21,923 nucleotides of DNA from Candidatus Sigynarchaeum calidifontis (GCA_030587475.2 JAUQYZ020000212.1:1-21923), one strand, 5' to 3'. Shown: positions 1-8,732, numbered from the stretch's first letter. The notes: generated by a model from the letters alone, not told the origin. Numbers and translations: made by a program.

Positions 1-300
1 GGTGAAATAATTCCACGCGTTCTTGCTGGTCTTTATTTTAGGATCGAGCGCGTCCTTGATCGTGATCTCGACGCATTTCTTGAGGTTTTTCGATGACCCG
101 GTGGGATTGTTGCATTCGATGATCTCGGAACCATGCTCGGCGCCGTCAGGAAGGTAATCCTTCAGCATTTTCGCCGCGCTGGAATCAAGAACCTTTGATT
201 TCCCGAACAGCGTCAAGAAATATGTCGGGGAGCCCGTCTCGTCGTTCACGAACGCGCCCAGTTCAAGTCTCCCGTTCGGGCTCTGGTAGGTGAGTTTCAT
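1..300 (-). CDS. Hypothetical protein, 5' part only (runs off the window start)
   Basis: Manual translation from the ATG at 300-298 gives 100 stop-free codons to position 1 (MKLTYQSPNGRLELGAFVNDETGSPTYFLTLFGK...KNAWNYFT). It is absent from the ORF track because it has no stop in the window. No family recognised. Confidence 0.65.
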   Translation of the reverse strand, partial: MKLTYQSPNGRLELGAFVNDETGSPTYFLTLFGKSKVLDSSAAKMLKDYLPDGAEHGSEIIECNNPTGSSKNLKKCVEITIKDALDPKIKTSKNAWNYFT

Positions 301-401
301 AAGTATAGCTCCGTTCCAGTATTTTAATCAGAGCTATCGTCGGTTCCAAGTCGAACCAAGCCAAAGCTACCCGGTTCCCCTGCCCGTGATTTAATGCGCT
401 C

Positions 402-1127
402 TCACGATCGACCGAGTTTTTCCTTGATCTGCAATAACCGGGCTTTCTTATACTCGAGATCCTTGTTCGTGATATCGCCCTTCGCGTTAGCTATCGCGAG
501 ATCGACGAGGACCGCGTCCAACCGCTCCAGGTGCTTGATCTTCTCGTTTTTGATCGCATCCGGGTTCATTGCTTGCTCGACCTCGTCGAGCACCGCGGCG
601 TAATCGATCGATTCGCCGGGCTTGAAAAGCAAGTCGATCTTGGAGATGCGTTCCTCGATCGCGCTCGCGAACTCTTCATCGTCGATGCTCGATGCGAACT
701 CTGCGAGGTCTACAAAAATACCCTTGGCCGCGTCCTTGTCGCCCGTCACGAGCGCGAGCTCGGCGATGTCCACCTTCTCTTCAGCCCCGAGGGATTTAAT
801 CCACGCGTGGTCGCGGGCATCCATGGTGATGATGTCCGACGCGATGCGATACACCATGTCGGCGTTGTCCTCAGCTGCGGGCCTCGAAACGTCGACAGCC
901 GATATTTCACCAGCCCCCAGTACGATGTCCGCGGCTTGCCCGCCGCGATACTTCCATTTCGGGTCGATGAAAGCCTGGCACGCGTGGCCGCACGGCGCAA
1001 CAAGGCTGATGGTCACGATACCCTTCTTGCTCTTGATGGCCTCGAACCTGCCAACGGGCACGTCGATGCAAAAGGTCTTCTTGCATGCCGGGCATTCCAT
1101 GTCGATGCGTCTCGTCTCAACGGCCAT
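402..1127 (-). CDS. Hypothetical protein with N-terminal Zn-binding-like module, helical middle and SHOCT-like C-terminus
   Basis: 241 aa. N-terminus has CPAC...PCGH..AFID...RG (four candidate metal ligands). C-terminus has LERLDAVL...KGDITNKDLEYKKARLL, resembling SHOCT. A GAGGT RBS-like sequence lies just upstream on the minus strand. Confidence 0.75.
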   Translation of the reverse strand: MAVETRRIDMECPACKKTFCIDVPVGRFEAIKSKKGIVTISLVAPCGHACQAFIDPKWKYRGGQAADIVLGAGEISAVDVSRPAAEDNADMVYRIASDIITMDARDHAWIKSLGAEEKVDIAELALVTGDKDAAKGIFVDLAEFASSIDDEEFASAIEERISKIDLLFKPGESIDYAAVLDEVEQAMNPDAIKNEKIKHLERLDAVLVDLAIANAKGDITNKDLEYKKARLLQIKEKLGRS

Positions 1128-1239
1128 CCATCGGTACCTCCCGCGAAATCCTTTGGCTAAATGATTAGAGGCCGCTCCTTGTTAAGAATGTTCCATTACC
1201 GCATCGTGTTGCCAGTGAACCAATTAAAAGCCCCCGCGC

Positions 1240-1890
1240 GTGAACTATCGCATGCTCGAAGTGCTTCGAGTCGTGCTCGATCTATTCATGATCTTCTACA
1301 TTTCCATGTGGATCATCTTCCCGGCATACTTGGCCAACGCGGTCGCGGTTCCTGTTTCGAAAGGACGCCAGTTTCACCCGATCGATGGTGGAAGAATATT
1401 GCGAGGCCAGCGCGTGTTCGGGGATGGGAAGACAATCGAGGGCTTCTTGCTTTCGTGCGGGATCGGCATCGGTGGTGGCCTCGCGCAGTGCATATTGTCG
1501 CTCCTCTTCTTGATACCGAGTCTGGCGTGGCACGATTTCTACGGGTCGATCCTCGTTCCCCGCGCCGACCTCGAGCTGTACGTCGCCGCGAACGCGCAGG
1601 CCTTCGCGCGCGCCTTGCTATTCCCGCCGGGCGCTATGCTCGGCGATCTCCTGGGATCTTTCATCAAGCGGCGGCTCAACATCCCTCGCGGGGCCAAGGC
1701 CCCCGTGCTCGACCAGCTGGACTTCATAGCGGGTGTCATCTTGCTCTCGCTTGTGGCCATCCCCGTTGGCGGAAGTTTTCTCCAGCTCGGCATTGTTTAC
1801 GCCATTACCATTGTTATGCTCACGCCGTTCATCCACAGGATCGTCAACAAGCTCGCGTACAAGATAAAAATCAAGGCCGTTCCATATTGA
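1240..1890 (+). CDS. carS: CDP-archaeol synthase (CDP-2,3-bis-(O-geranylgeranyl)-sn-glycerol synthase)
   Basis: Hydrophobic protein with CarS motifs PAYLAN, PIDGG, GDGKTIEG and GDLLGSFIKRR..IPRG...PVLDQLDF, ending KIKAVPY. The start could be the GTG at 1240 or the ATG at 1252. Confidence 0.93.
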   Translation: MNYRMLEVLRVVLDLFMIFYISMWIIFPAYLANAVAVPVSKGRQFHPIDGGRILRGQRVFGDGKTIEGFLLSCGIGIGGGLAQCILSLLFLIPSLAWHDFYGSILVPRADLELYVAANAQAFARALLFPPGAMLGDLLGSFIKRRLNIPRGAKAPVLDQLDFIAGVILLSLVAIPVGGSFLQLGIVYAITIVMLTPFIHRIVNKLAYKIKIKAVPY

Positions 1891-1905
1891 AGCCCAAGTA
1901 ATCAT

Positions 1906-3024
1906 TCACGTGAACGACGGGATTTGTACAAGCTTGTTCGTCCTCGCCGACTCGACCGCGCATATCCCCGCGATGCACATGTTCGCAGCTATGCGGGCCG
2001 ACAACGCTGGCTGCTTCCCCGCCTCGATCGCCGCCACCCAATTGCGCTTGAGCCGCACGTTCCCGCCCCAATGGCCGCCGATCTCGAAACCGGCGACCTT
2101 GTCCCGCTCTCGCCAGCCTATCCGCCTGGTCGACCCGGCACGTTGCTTCCACCGGTTCACGACAAACCCGTCGGCCATGAAAAGGCGACCCGTGGCACCG
2201 GGCGAATGCAGCTCGAACGAGCCGAAGCGGCCGGTTAGCAAGAAAAAACGTCGTGGCGGCTCACGCGCATAGACGTAGCCACCAGCCACCTTGCAAATTG
2301 CCCCGGCCGCGGTTTTAAACAGGGCAACTTGGAATGATGATGCCGGCTTGCAGATCGGGTGGTTGGGGTCATCGCCGATCGTGTTTGCGTAGCTCCAGAC
2401 CTCGGTAAACACCGCGGGTGTCAGCAACCCGCCCATGCCGACCATGGCAGGACCGATGGAGTGCGCGTACATGAGCGGGTCGAATTCCGCGTACCAGGAG
2501 TCAACGCGGGGCACTTCAGGGCCGCCGGGTCCCTTGCGGAATCGAAACGTCACGTCGTGGATGTACTCGGCCTCGCAATAAACGACCGGCCCGATCTTGC
2601 CGCTGGAAACCAGGTGGGCAGCATAGAGGATGCCGGACAGGAAGCAGTACTCCTCGCTCAACGCGTACGTGACTTTCGGGCTTGCATCGGCTGCGGCGAC
2701 GATTTTCTCGATGTCTACACGCGATAGTGCCATCGGCACCTCGGACAGCACGTGCTTGCCCGCCTCGAGGGCGGCGATGGCTTGCTTGGCATGAAAACGC
2801 GGGGGACTGCTGATCAGGATAGCGTCGAGACCGGGAACATCGAGCAACGCGTCGAACGATTCAACGGATTTAATGCCTTTCTTCTCGAGTGCAGCCTTGC
2901 ACGCGGGATCCGGGTCAAAACCCGCAACGAGCTTGAGATGCTTGCGCAATCGGGGATGGATCGAGTTCTCAAGCACGTGCCCGCGGCCATTGGGCCCGAA
3001 ACCAGAAATGCCATACGAGATCAT
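1906..3024 (-). CDS. Gfo/Idh/MocA-family NAD(P)-dependent oxidoreductase (GH109-like subgroup possible)
   Basis: N-terminal Rossmann motif (GISGFGPNGRG), DAILISSPPRFH, AALEAGKHVLSEVPMA, GKIGPVVYCEAEYIHD, and the typical C-terminal AVESARTNKLVQIP. Confidence 0.85.
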   Translation of the reverse strand: MISYGISGFGPNGRGHVLENSIHPRLRKHLKLVAGFDPDPACKAALEKKGIKSVESFDALLDVPGLDAILISSPPRFHAKQAIAALEAGKHVLSEVPMALSRVDIEKIVAAADASPKVTYALSEEYCFLSGILYAAHLVSSGKIGPVVYCEAEYIHDVTFRFRKGPGGPEVPRVDSWYAEFDPLMYAHSIGPAMVGMGGLLTPAVFTEVWSYANTIGDDPNHPICKPASSFQVALFKTAAGAICKVAGGYVYAREPPRRFFLLTGRFGSFELHSPGATGRLFMADGFVVNRWKQRAGSTRRIGWRERDKVAGFEIGGHWGGNVRLKRNWVAAIEAGKQPALSARIAANMCIAGICAVESARTNKLVQIPSFT

Positions 3025-3107
3025 GCGCGCTCGAGTGAACCAAGCACCTGCAAGGCTAATAATCCTTCATAATGGCGATCAGGTGCAAGATGACAACGAT
3101 TCCAAAA

Positions 3108-3560
3108 TTAGTACTTGCCCCGGGGTCTTTCCTCTGGTTCCACGGTTTCGACGAGCTCGTTGCGGTTCTTTTCTATCTCGTCAGCGGGCGAGCAGTACAT
3201 CACCTCGAAGGTAGTGGGATCCAGGTAAATACGGCCAACCTCGCCATACCCGTATATCTTATTATCGTCACCGCGAAACGTCGAATCAAGGCTGAGCATG
3301 ACCAACTGGCTGCCATCCGCAATCTGCACGAGGCGTGGCTTGCATGCAGTCAGGCCAAAACCGCGCTCCCTGTCGAGGTACATGGCAACTGCGTAGTCGA
3401 CCTCGTCGCTTATCTCGCCTTCTGCCAGGACTGCGGTCACTTGGGGTTCGGTGTCGAACACGGTAGCATCATCTTTAGTGAAAACAACTCCGATATGCAA
3501 TTTCCCCGACTTGCATAATAACCTTTTCTCTTCTATGCCCAAGGTCTGGTAAGCTATCAA
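3108..3560 (-). CDS. Hypothetical protein, probably co-transcribed with cofC
   Basis: 150-aa acidic ORF whose TTG start directly follows the cofC TGA (TGA-TTG), which suggests translational coupling. No family recognised. Confidence 0.7.
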   Translation of the reverse strand: MIAYQTLGIEEKRLLCKSGKLHIGVVFTKDDATVFDTEPQVTAVLAEGEISDEVDYAVAMYLDRERGFGLTACKPRLVQIADGSQLVMLSLDSTFRGDDNKIYGYGEVGRIYLDPTTFEVMYCSPADEIEKNRNELVETVEPEERPRGKY

Positions 3561-4385
3561 TCACGCGCTTTCGTGGCCATTAATATCGACTCGAATACTC
3601 ACGCGACGGGTATCGTCGCTGTCTTTCTTCTCGATGCAGACATCCATCCCGTCGAGTACCCTCATGAGACGCGATCCCCCGCGGATTTCTTTCAAGAGCG
3701 GGTACAAGTTCATCAAATCCTCGGGCGTGTCGAGATCCAGGTAAAAATCGAGATTGTGGTACACCTCGACGAGGTGTCGCGGGTCAATGCCAATGCTCGC
3801 GGCTTTTTCTTTCGCCAGTGCTAGATGTTCAAGGAATGACGGGCAATGCTTGCTCGAATACCGGGTGGGAATGATGTCCGGCGGGAACCGGGCGACCAAG
3901 TTGCACCCGTTTCCCATCGACGGCGACAAGAGAATCTTGGTGAAGCCCGCCCTCGCTTTTATCCGCTTGAAGAGCCCGACGAACGCGTGCACGGTCAAGA
4001 GAGGCAAGTCGCTCATGATGAGAATGGTTCCCTTGACCCCGAGCTCACGAATGGCATGTTGGTTGACGTGCTCGATCACTTGATCGAGCGTTATCGGTCT
4101 TGGTTGACCAGTTTCCAACCGGGGTTCATCGAGATAGATGAAATTTCTACCGAGTTTCCCGACGCGCGCCTCGACCTCTGGATCCAAGCTACAGACGATG
4201 GTGCAAGCGCGTTTCTCGTGGTGCCGGTTCATGAACGTGCCGAGCACGTCCATCGTGTCGTCGAAGAGCGCGATGCTTATTTGCTCTTGCATAGCAAGCC
4301 GGGATTCAGGCGGGAAAACGCCTACCAGGCGGGATTTTGCCCGCTTGAACGGTTTCACGGGAACGATGAACGCGATGTCGGCCAA
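3561..4385 (-). CDS. cofC: 2-phospho-L-lactate/PEP guanylyltransferase (coenzyme F420 biosynthesis)
   Basis: CofC motifs IVPVKPFKRAKSRL, ILIMSDLPLL, GNGCN and LDLDTPEDL. The TTG start is preceded by a GGTGA RBS. Confidence 0.85.
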   Translation of the reverse strand: MADIAFIVPVKPFKRAKSRLVGVFPPESRLAMQEQISIALFDDTMDVLGTFMNRHHEKRACTIVCSLDPEVEARVGKLGRNFIYLDEPRLETGQPRPITLDQVIEHVNQHAIRELGVKGTILIMSDLPLLTVHAFVGLFKRIKARAGFTKILLSPSMGNGCNLVARFPPDIIPTRYSSKHCPSFLEHLALAKEKAASIGIDPRHLVEVYHNLDFYLDLDTPEDLMNLYPLLKEIRGGSRLMRVLDGMDVCIEKKDSDDTRRVSIRVDINGHESA

Positions 4386-4509
4386 CGGTCACCACGCGGG
4401 ATGAGAAGATCACTCCAAGCCCAAGTGATTGATAACCATTTCTACGATAAAAATGTCCCAGCACCCACTTGTCCAAGAAAAAAAATGATAGGATTTGTAT
4501 TATCGATCT

Positions 4510-5763
4510 TCATGCAAAGATTCTTCTTAAATGCTGTCCAATTGCCTTTCCAAGTAAGGGCGGGACAGCATTACCAATTTGAACCAATATCTCTGATTTT
4601 TTGCCTGAAAAAACGAAAGAGTCCGGGAAACTTTGCAATCGAGCTAACTCTCTCGGTGTTAACGTGCGTGGTAACCATGGATGGCAATGAACCCCGCCAT
4701 GGTTCTCCTTCACGGTCCTAGAAGGCCTATCGGGAAGAAGTCGATACCAGCCATCGGTATAGTGTGGATAAACCGTATCTCCCGGTTTCGTGTTACCAAT
4801 TCTTTGCACGAACTCAGGTTTATGCTTCATGAACACGTGATTCGGGATTGCATTTTCTTCAATCTCTGCCAAATCACCAATGGCCTCCTTGACGGTAAGG
4901 AATGGTTTGAACGGGATGCCGTCCTTCACGATTTTTTGAAATTCCTTGGGAATCTTGGGTTTATCATTTCCGTCGTAATCAAAATACTCGGGGGCAGGAT
5001 GAAAGAGCTGCTCTTCATCATTTTCTTTTCCGATCTTCATAATGATATCGTTGCGGATCCCGACGATGATGATTCGTTCTCGTAATTGCGGAACACCATA
5101 ATTTGCTGCGTTAAGGATCTTATATTTTATTTTGTATCCTTTGGCGCTCTTTTCGAGAGCAGAAATGACTTGAGGAAGTAAAGGCACGAGATGTTTAGTG
5201 ACTTGATTCTTTGCGTGTTTCTGCTTTTTTTCTAAGAATTGGAGTTCTTTTTTCTCATCAAGGGTCAGTTCACGTTGACGAGCATATCGATGTAAATCCT
5301 TGATTCGTTGGAGTATCGATGCGGAATTTTCCACGTGTTCTTTAATATCATCGGGTAAAGTAACATCAACATGTTTCATGGAGATTAAACCTTTCACGTT
5401 CTCCATCACGAATGCTTCCGGGTTTGTTTGGTCTATAAATTCGACAAATTTTTTCCAAAGCTGGCCTCGCGGATCGATAGGATTCCGGTTACCCGCCATG
5501 GAGAAGCCCTGGCATGGCGGGCCGCCAATTACGATCAACGGTTCATGATTCTTCGTCGAGTCAACGAGCTGGGTAAAAATGGATTCATCTCGAATGTCCC
5601 CACAGATCACGTTTTCACCAATGTTTTTCTTGTAGGTTTCTACTGCTGTCGGCCATATCTCGTTCGCGACCAAATGCCGGTATCCAGCATCAAGGAACCC
5701 TTTTGAAAACCCGCCACAACCGGCAAAAAGATCGACAAACCAGGGCGCTTGTCGCGTGTCCAT
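4510..5763 (-). CDS. dcm: DNA (cytosine-5)-methyltransferase, no adjacent restriction gene
   Basis: C5-MTase motifs appear in order: DLFAGCGG (I), GGPPCQGFS (IV), ENV (VI), QLRER (VIII), RELARLQSFPD (IX) and GNAVPP (X). Confidence 0.95.
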   Translation of the reverse strand: MDTRQAPWFVDLFAGCGGFSKGFLDAGYRHLVANEIWPTAVETYKKNIGENVICGDIRDESIFTQLVDSTKNHEPLIVIGGPPCQGFSMAGNRNPIDPRGQLWKKFVEFIDQTNPEAFVMENVKGLISMKHVDVTLPDDIKEHVENSASILQRIKDLHRYARQRELTLDEKKELQFLEKKQKHAKNQVTKHLVPLLPQVISALEKSAKGYKIKYKILNAANYGVPQLRERIIIVGIRNDIIMKIGKENDEEQLFHPAPEYFDYDGNDKPKIPKEFQKIVKDGIPFKPFLTVKEAIGDLAEIEENAIPNHVFMKHKPEFVQRIGNTKPGDTVYPHYTDGWYRLLPDRPSRTVKENHGGVHCHPWLPRTLTPRELARLQSFPDSFVFSGKKSEILVQIGNAVPPLLGKAIGQHLRRIFA

Positions 5764-5894
5764 AGATCATTCATTCTTGTTATTTTCTTTTTCCATTTGC
5801 AAGGTGAATTCCTTTTTTTTGAAAGGATCCGGCGCACGTTCTTATTACACGCTTTTTGATGTCATCTATAGTTCCAATGATACACGAGATAGAA

Positions 5895-5921
5895 ACGTGC
5901 AACCGAAATATAAAGGCACGT
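5895..5921. promoter_or_regulatory. Inverted repeat ACGTGC-N15-GCACGT enclosing a BRE/TATA-like element
   Basis: ACGTGC (5895-5900) and GCACGT (5916-5921) flank AACCGAAATATAAAG in the divergent intergenic region. Function is inferred only. Confidence 0.35.
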
Positions 5922-6128
5922 AATTAATTCCGAGTTAATCTATTCAATGAATTGATCGGGACTAAATGAGCGCTCCGACGTAATTCCATCGCTAGAAATT
6001 CCACGCACGTCCTTTTAAAAAAAGATTCTTGCCAATTCGCTCTTGGTGATATTTCACAAAAAAAGTGCTTGCGACGCGAGGCTCGTATAACCAACACGAC
6101 GAATTAACCTTTTTTTTAATGAAAGGTT

Positions 6129-7376
6129 ATGAGGGAAAGTATGATCGAGAGATCGATCGCGCTTGATGGCCTCGAGAAATACCTCGACGACGTCCTCGCC
6201 GACAAGTACAAGAAATTGCGCAAAGCCGGCAAGAAAATGCTCGACGAGATAGGCCAGAACTTGCGCATTGTCTCCGACGAGATCGAGGCCATGGGCAAGA
6301 AAGTGAACCCGGAGAAGGATGACATTCTCAACCGGTCGCTCGCGAGGTTTGTGGCAGCGATCCAAGGTGAACTCAAGAAAGCGGACATCCCGACGAGCGA
6401 ACAGATCAAGCACACCGATCTCAAGAAAGTATTCGATTTCTTGTCCGGTTTTTTCAACGTGTACAACGAAACGGGAAAAAAGTTCGGTCCAAAAATCGGC
6501 GAGCAGTTCAAAACAGAATTGAAGATGATACAAGCATCGATGATCCGGGTCTTCAAGCAGAATGGAGAACTTGACCGTTTCATACGCACAAAATATAACG
6601 AGGCGAAAGAGGCCGAACAGCTCGTTGAAAAGATCAAGCGGATCGATGAACTAGTCAAGAAATATCAAGAAGACCGAAAAAAAATAGACAACTTGTCTGA
6701 AAGTATCGACAAGCTCAAGTCTGAGCTCTCCAGCCTCGAGAACCAGCTCATTGCTCTGGAAAACGACCCGCTCGTCGCGGAGGAACAGCAGCTGTTTCAC
6801 GAGGAGAACCGGTTGAAGCAAGAGATCCAGATGGAACTGAGCAAGATCAAGAAGAGTGCCAAGAAATTCGAGAAGGCATTGGAAACGGGCAGTATCGAGC
6901 CCAGGTTCATTACCAAGAAGGACATCAAGGATTATCTGAAGAACTTGTTCGAGAGCTTGATCGCTGACGGGCCTGAATATCCCAAGCTACATGCAATTCT
7001 CGAAAACTTGTCTGGCAGCCTCGATGACGAAATCCAGCTCAAGGACGACAAGAAGGAAAAGGCGCAAGATATCATCACGGCGATCAAGGACAAAAACTCT
7101 CTCACGCCTATTATCACGAGCTATCTTAAAGCCATCGAAAACCGCAAGGAAATAGCAAGGAAGATCCAGGAAAAGGGAACCGCCGAGAAGATCGCCGCGA
7201 TAAAACAACGCATCTCCGATGTCAACGTCCAGAAAGCACATGCCGAGGCGGATCTCGCACATGAAAAAGACAACGTGGTCAACTCGTTGAACAAGATGAA
7301 GACAGCCAAAGAGGCTCTCGAAAAGGATGTGCAGTCCGTGTCCGGGGAGAAAATTAACATCCTGCTCGCCCTCTAA
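6129..7376 (+). CDS. Long all-helical/coiled-coil hypothetical protein
   Basis: 415 aa, K/E-rich with heptad-like segments, and no Walker A or other catalytic motif. The alternative start is the ATG at 6141. Confidence 0.8.
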   Translation: MRESMIERSIALDGLEKYLDDVLADKYKKLRKAGKKMLDEIGQNLRIVSDEIEAMGKKVNPEKDDILNRSLARFVAAIQGELKKADIPTSEQIKHTDLKKVFDFLSGFFNVYNETGKKFGPKIGEQFKTELKMIQASMIRVFKQNGELDRFIRTKYNEAKEAEQLVEKIKRIDELVKKYQEDRKKIDNLSESIDKLKSELSSLENQLIALENDPLVAEEQQLFHEENRLKQEIQMELSKIKKSAKKFEKALETGSIEPRFITKKDIKDYLKNLFESLIADGPEYPKLHAILENLSGSLDDEIQLKDDKKEKAQDIITAIKDKNSLTPIITSYLKAIENRKEIARKIQEKGTAEKIAAIKQRISDVNVQKAHAEADLAHEKDNVVNSLNKMKTAKEALEKDVQSVSGEKINILLAL

Positions 7377-7448
7377 ACTTTAATCCCAGCGTTACCTTAT
7401 TGTACGCGTTTTTACCATTTCCGTCAAGAAATCGATCGTGGACGTGCC

Positions 7449-8732
7449 ATGCTTGATATCAAGCTTTTTCGAGAAAATCCTGAGCTCATCAGGAAGTCCC
7501 AGCGAGATCGTTTCAAGGATCCAGAACTTGTAGACAAGGTAATCGAATGGGATAATAAATGGCGCGAGATCAGGAAACAAGCAGACGAAATGCGCGCCAG
7601 GGTGAACAAGATATCGAAGGAAATCGGCCAGCTCAAGAAAAAAGGCCAGGACACGAGCAAGCTTGCAGAAGAATCCAAGCGTCTCGGGGCCCAGATTTCC
7701 CAAAAGGCAACCGAGGAGGAGGAGGCGCTCAAGAGACGGGACGAATACCGGTACAAAGTAGGCAACATCATCCACGCGTCCGTGCCAATCTCGAAAACCG
7801 ATGAAGGGAACGTCGTCGTCTCCACGGGGGGAATCATCCCGAATTTCCCGTTCAAGCCGCGTATCCATCCGGATCTCGTCGAGACCATCGGCGGGGTCGA
7901 GCTCAAGAAAGCCCAGGAGGTCGTTGGTTCTCGCTTTTACTACTTGAAAAATGACCTCACGTTGCTCAACATTGCCCTCCTTCACTTTGGGATCGATTTC
8001 CTCGTATCGAAGGGGTACAAGCCCGTCTGGACGCCGTTTTTCATCAACTACGATGCGATCAAGGCCGCGGCCGAGCTTTCCGATTTCGAGGATCAACTCT
8101 ACGAGATAAAGGGCGAGGATCCGCGTCTATTTCTCATTGCCACCTCGGAGCAGACCCTCGCAGCATTGCACAAGGGCGAGGTCATCGACGTCGACAAGCT
8201 CCCGATCAAGTATTGTGGCATCTCAACGTGTTTCCGGCGCGAGGCGGGCGCACACGGCAAGGACACCGCCGGCATCTTCCGCATCCACCAGTTCGAAAAG
8301 ATAGAGCAGTTTGTATACTCGAATCCCGAGGACTCATGGAAATTGCACGAGGAAATGATTGATAATTCGAAGGAAATCTTCACGAAACTTGGCATCCCGT
8401 TCAGGGTAGTCAACATCGCGAGCGGGGAGATGAATGACAACGCGGCAAAGAAATATGACCTCGAGGGCTGGTTCCCCGGCTCGGGCGCGTACCGGGAGCT
8501 GGTCTCGTGCTCGAACTGCACGGATTACCAGGCCCGGAAGCTCAACATCAAGTACGGGAAGCGCGGCGGGGAAACCGACATCTTGCACACGCTCAATTCG
8601 ACGGCCATCGCGACCGAACGCACGATTTGCTGCATCCTCGAGAATTACCAGAACGAAGATGGCACGGTGCGCGTGCCGGATGCCCTCCAGCCCTACATGA
8701 GCGGGAGAAAGGTCATGAAGCCGTGGGCATAA
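7449..8732 (+). CDS. serS: Serine--tRNA ligase (canonical, non-methanogen type)
   Basis: MLDIKLFRENP start, N-terminal coiled-coil arm, LIATSEQ, motif 2 CFRREAG..G+DTAGIFRIHQFEKIEQF, ELVSCSNCTDYQAR, and motif 3 HTLNSTAIATER. Confidence 0.98.
   Translation: MLDIKLFRENPELIRKSQRDRFKDPELVDKVIEWDNKWREIRKQADEMRARVNKISKEIGQLKKKGQDTSKLAEESKRLGAQISQKATEEEEALKRRDEYRYKVGNIIHASVPISKTDEGNVVVSTGGIIPNFPFKPRIHPDLVETIGGVELKKAQEVVGSRFYYLKNDLTLLNIALLHFGIDFLVSKGYKPVWTPFFINYDAIKAAAELSDFEDQLYEIKGEDPRLFLIATSEQTLAALHKGEVIDVDKLPIKYCGISTCFRREAGAHGKDTAGIFRIHQFEKIEQFVYSNPEDSWKLHEEMIDNSKEIFTKLGIPFRVVNIASGEMNDNAAKKYDLEGWFPGSGAYRELVSCSNCTDYQARKLNIKYGKRGGETDILHTLNSTAIATERTICCILENYQNEDGTVRVPDALQPYMSGRKVMKPWA

Noticed and set aside
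5188-5373. Intein in the methyltransferase
   Set aside because: The segment is too short and lacks the splice-junction residues.
5764-6128. CRISPR array, tRNA or IS element in the AT-rich intergenic region
   Set aside because: No regularly spaced repeats, cloverleaf, long terminal inverted repeats or transposase are visible.
6129-7376. SMC/Rad50/SbcC or restriction endonuclease call for the coiled-coil protein
   Set aside because: No Walker A/B, ABC signature, CxxC hook or convincing nuclease motif is present.
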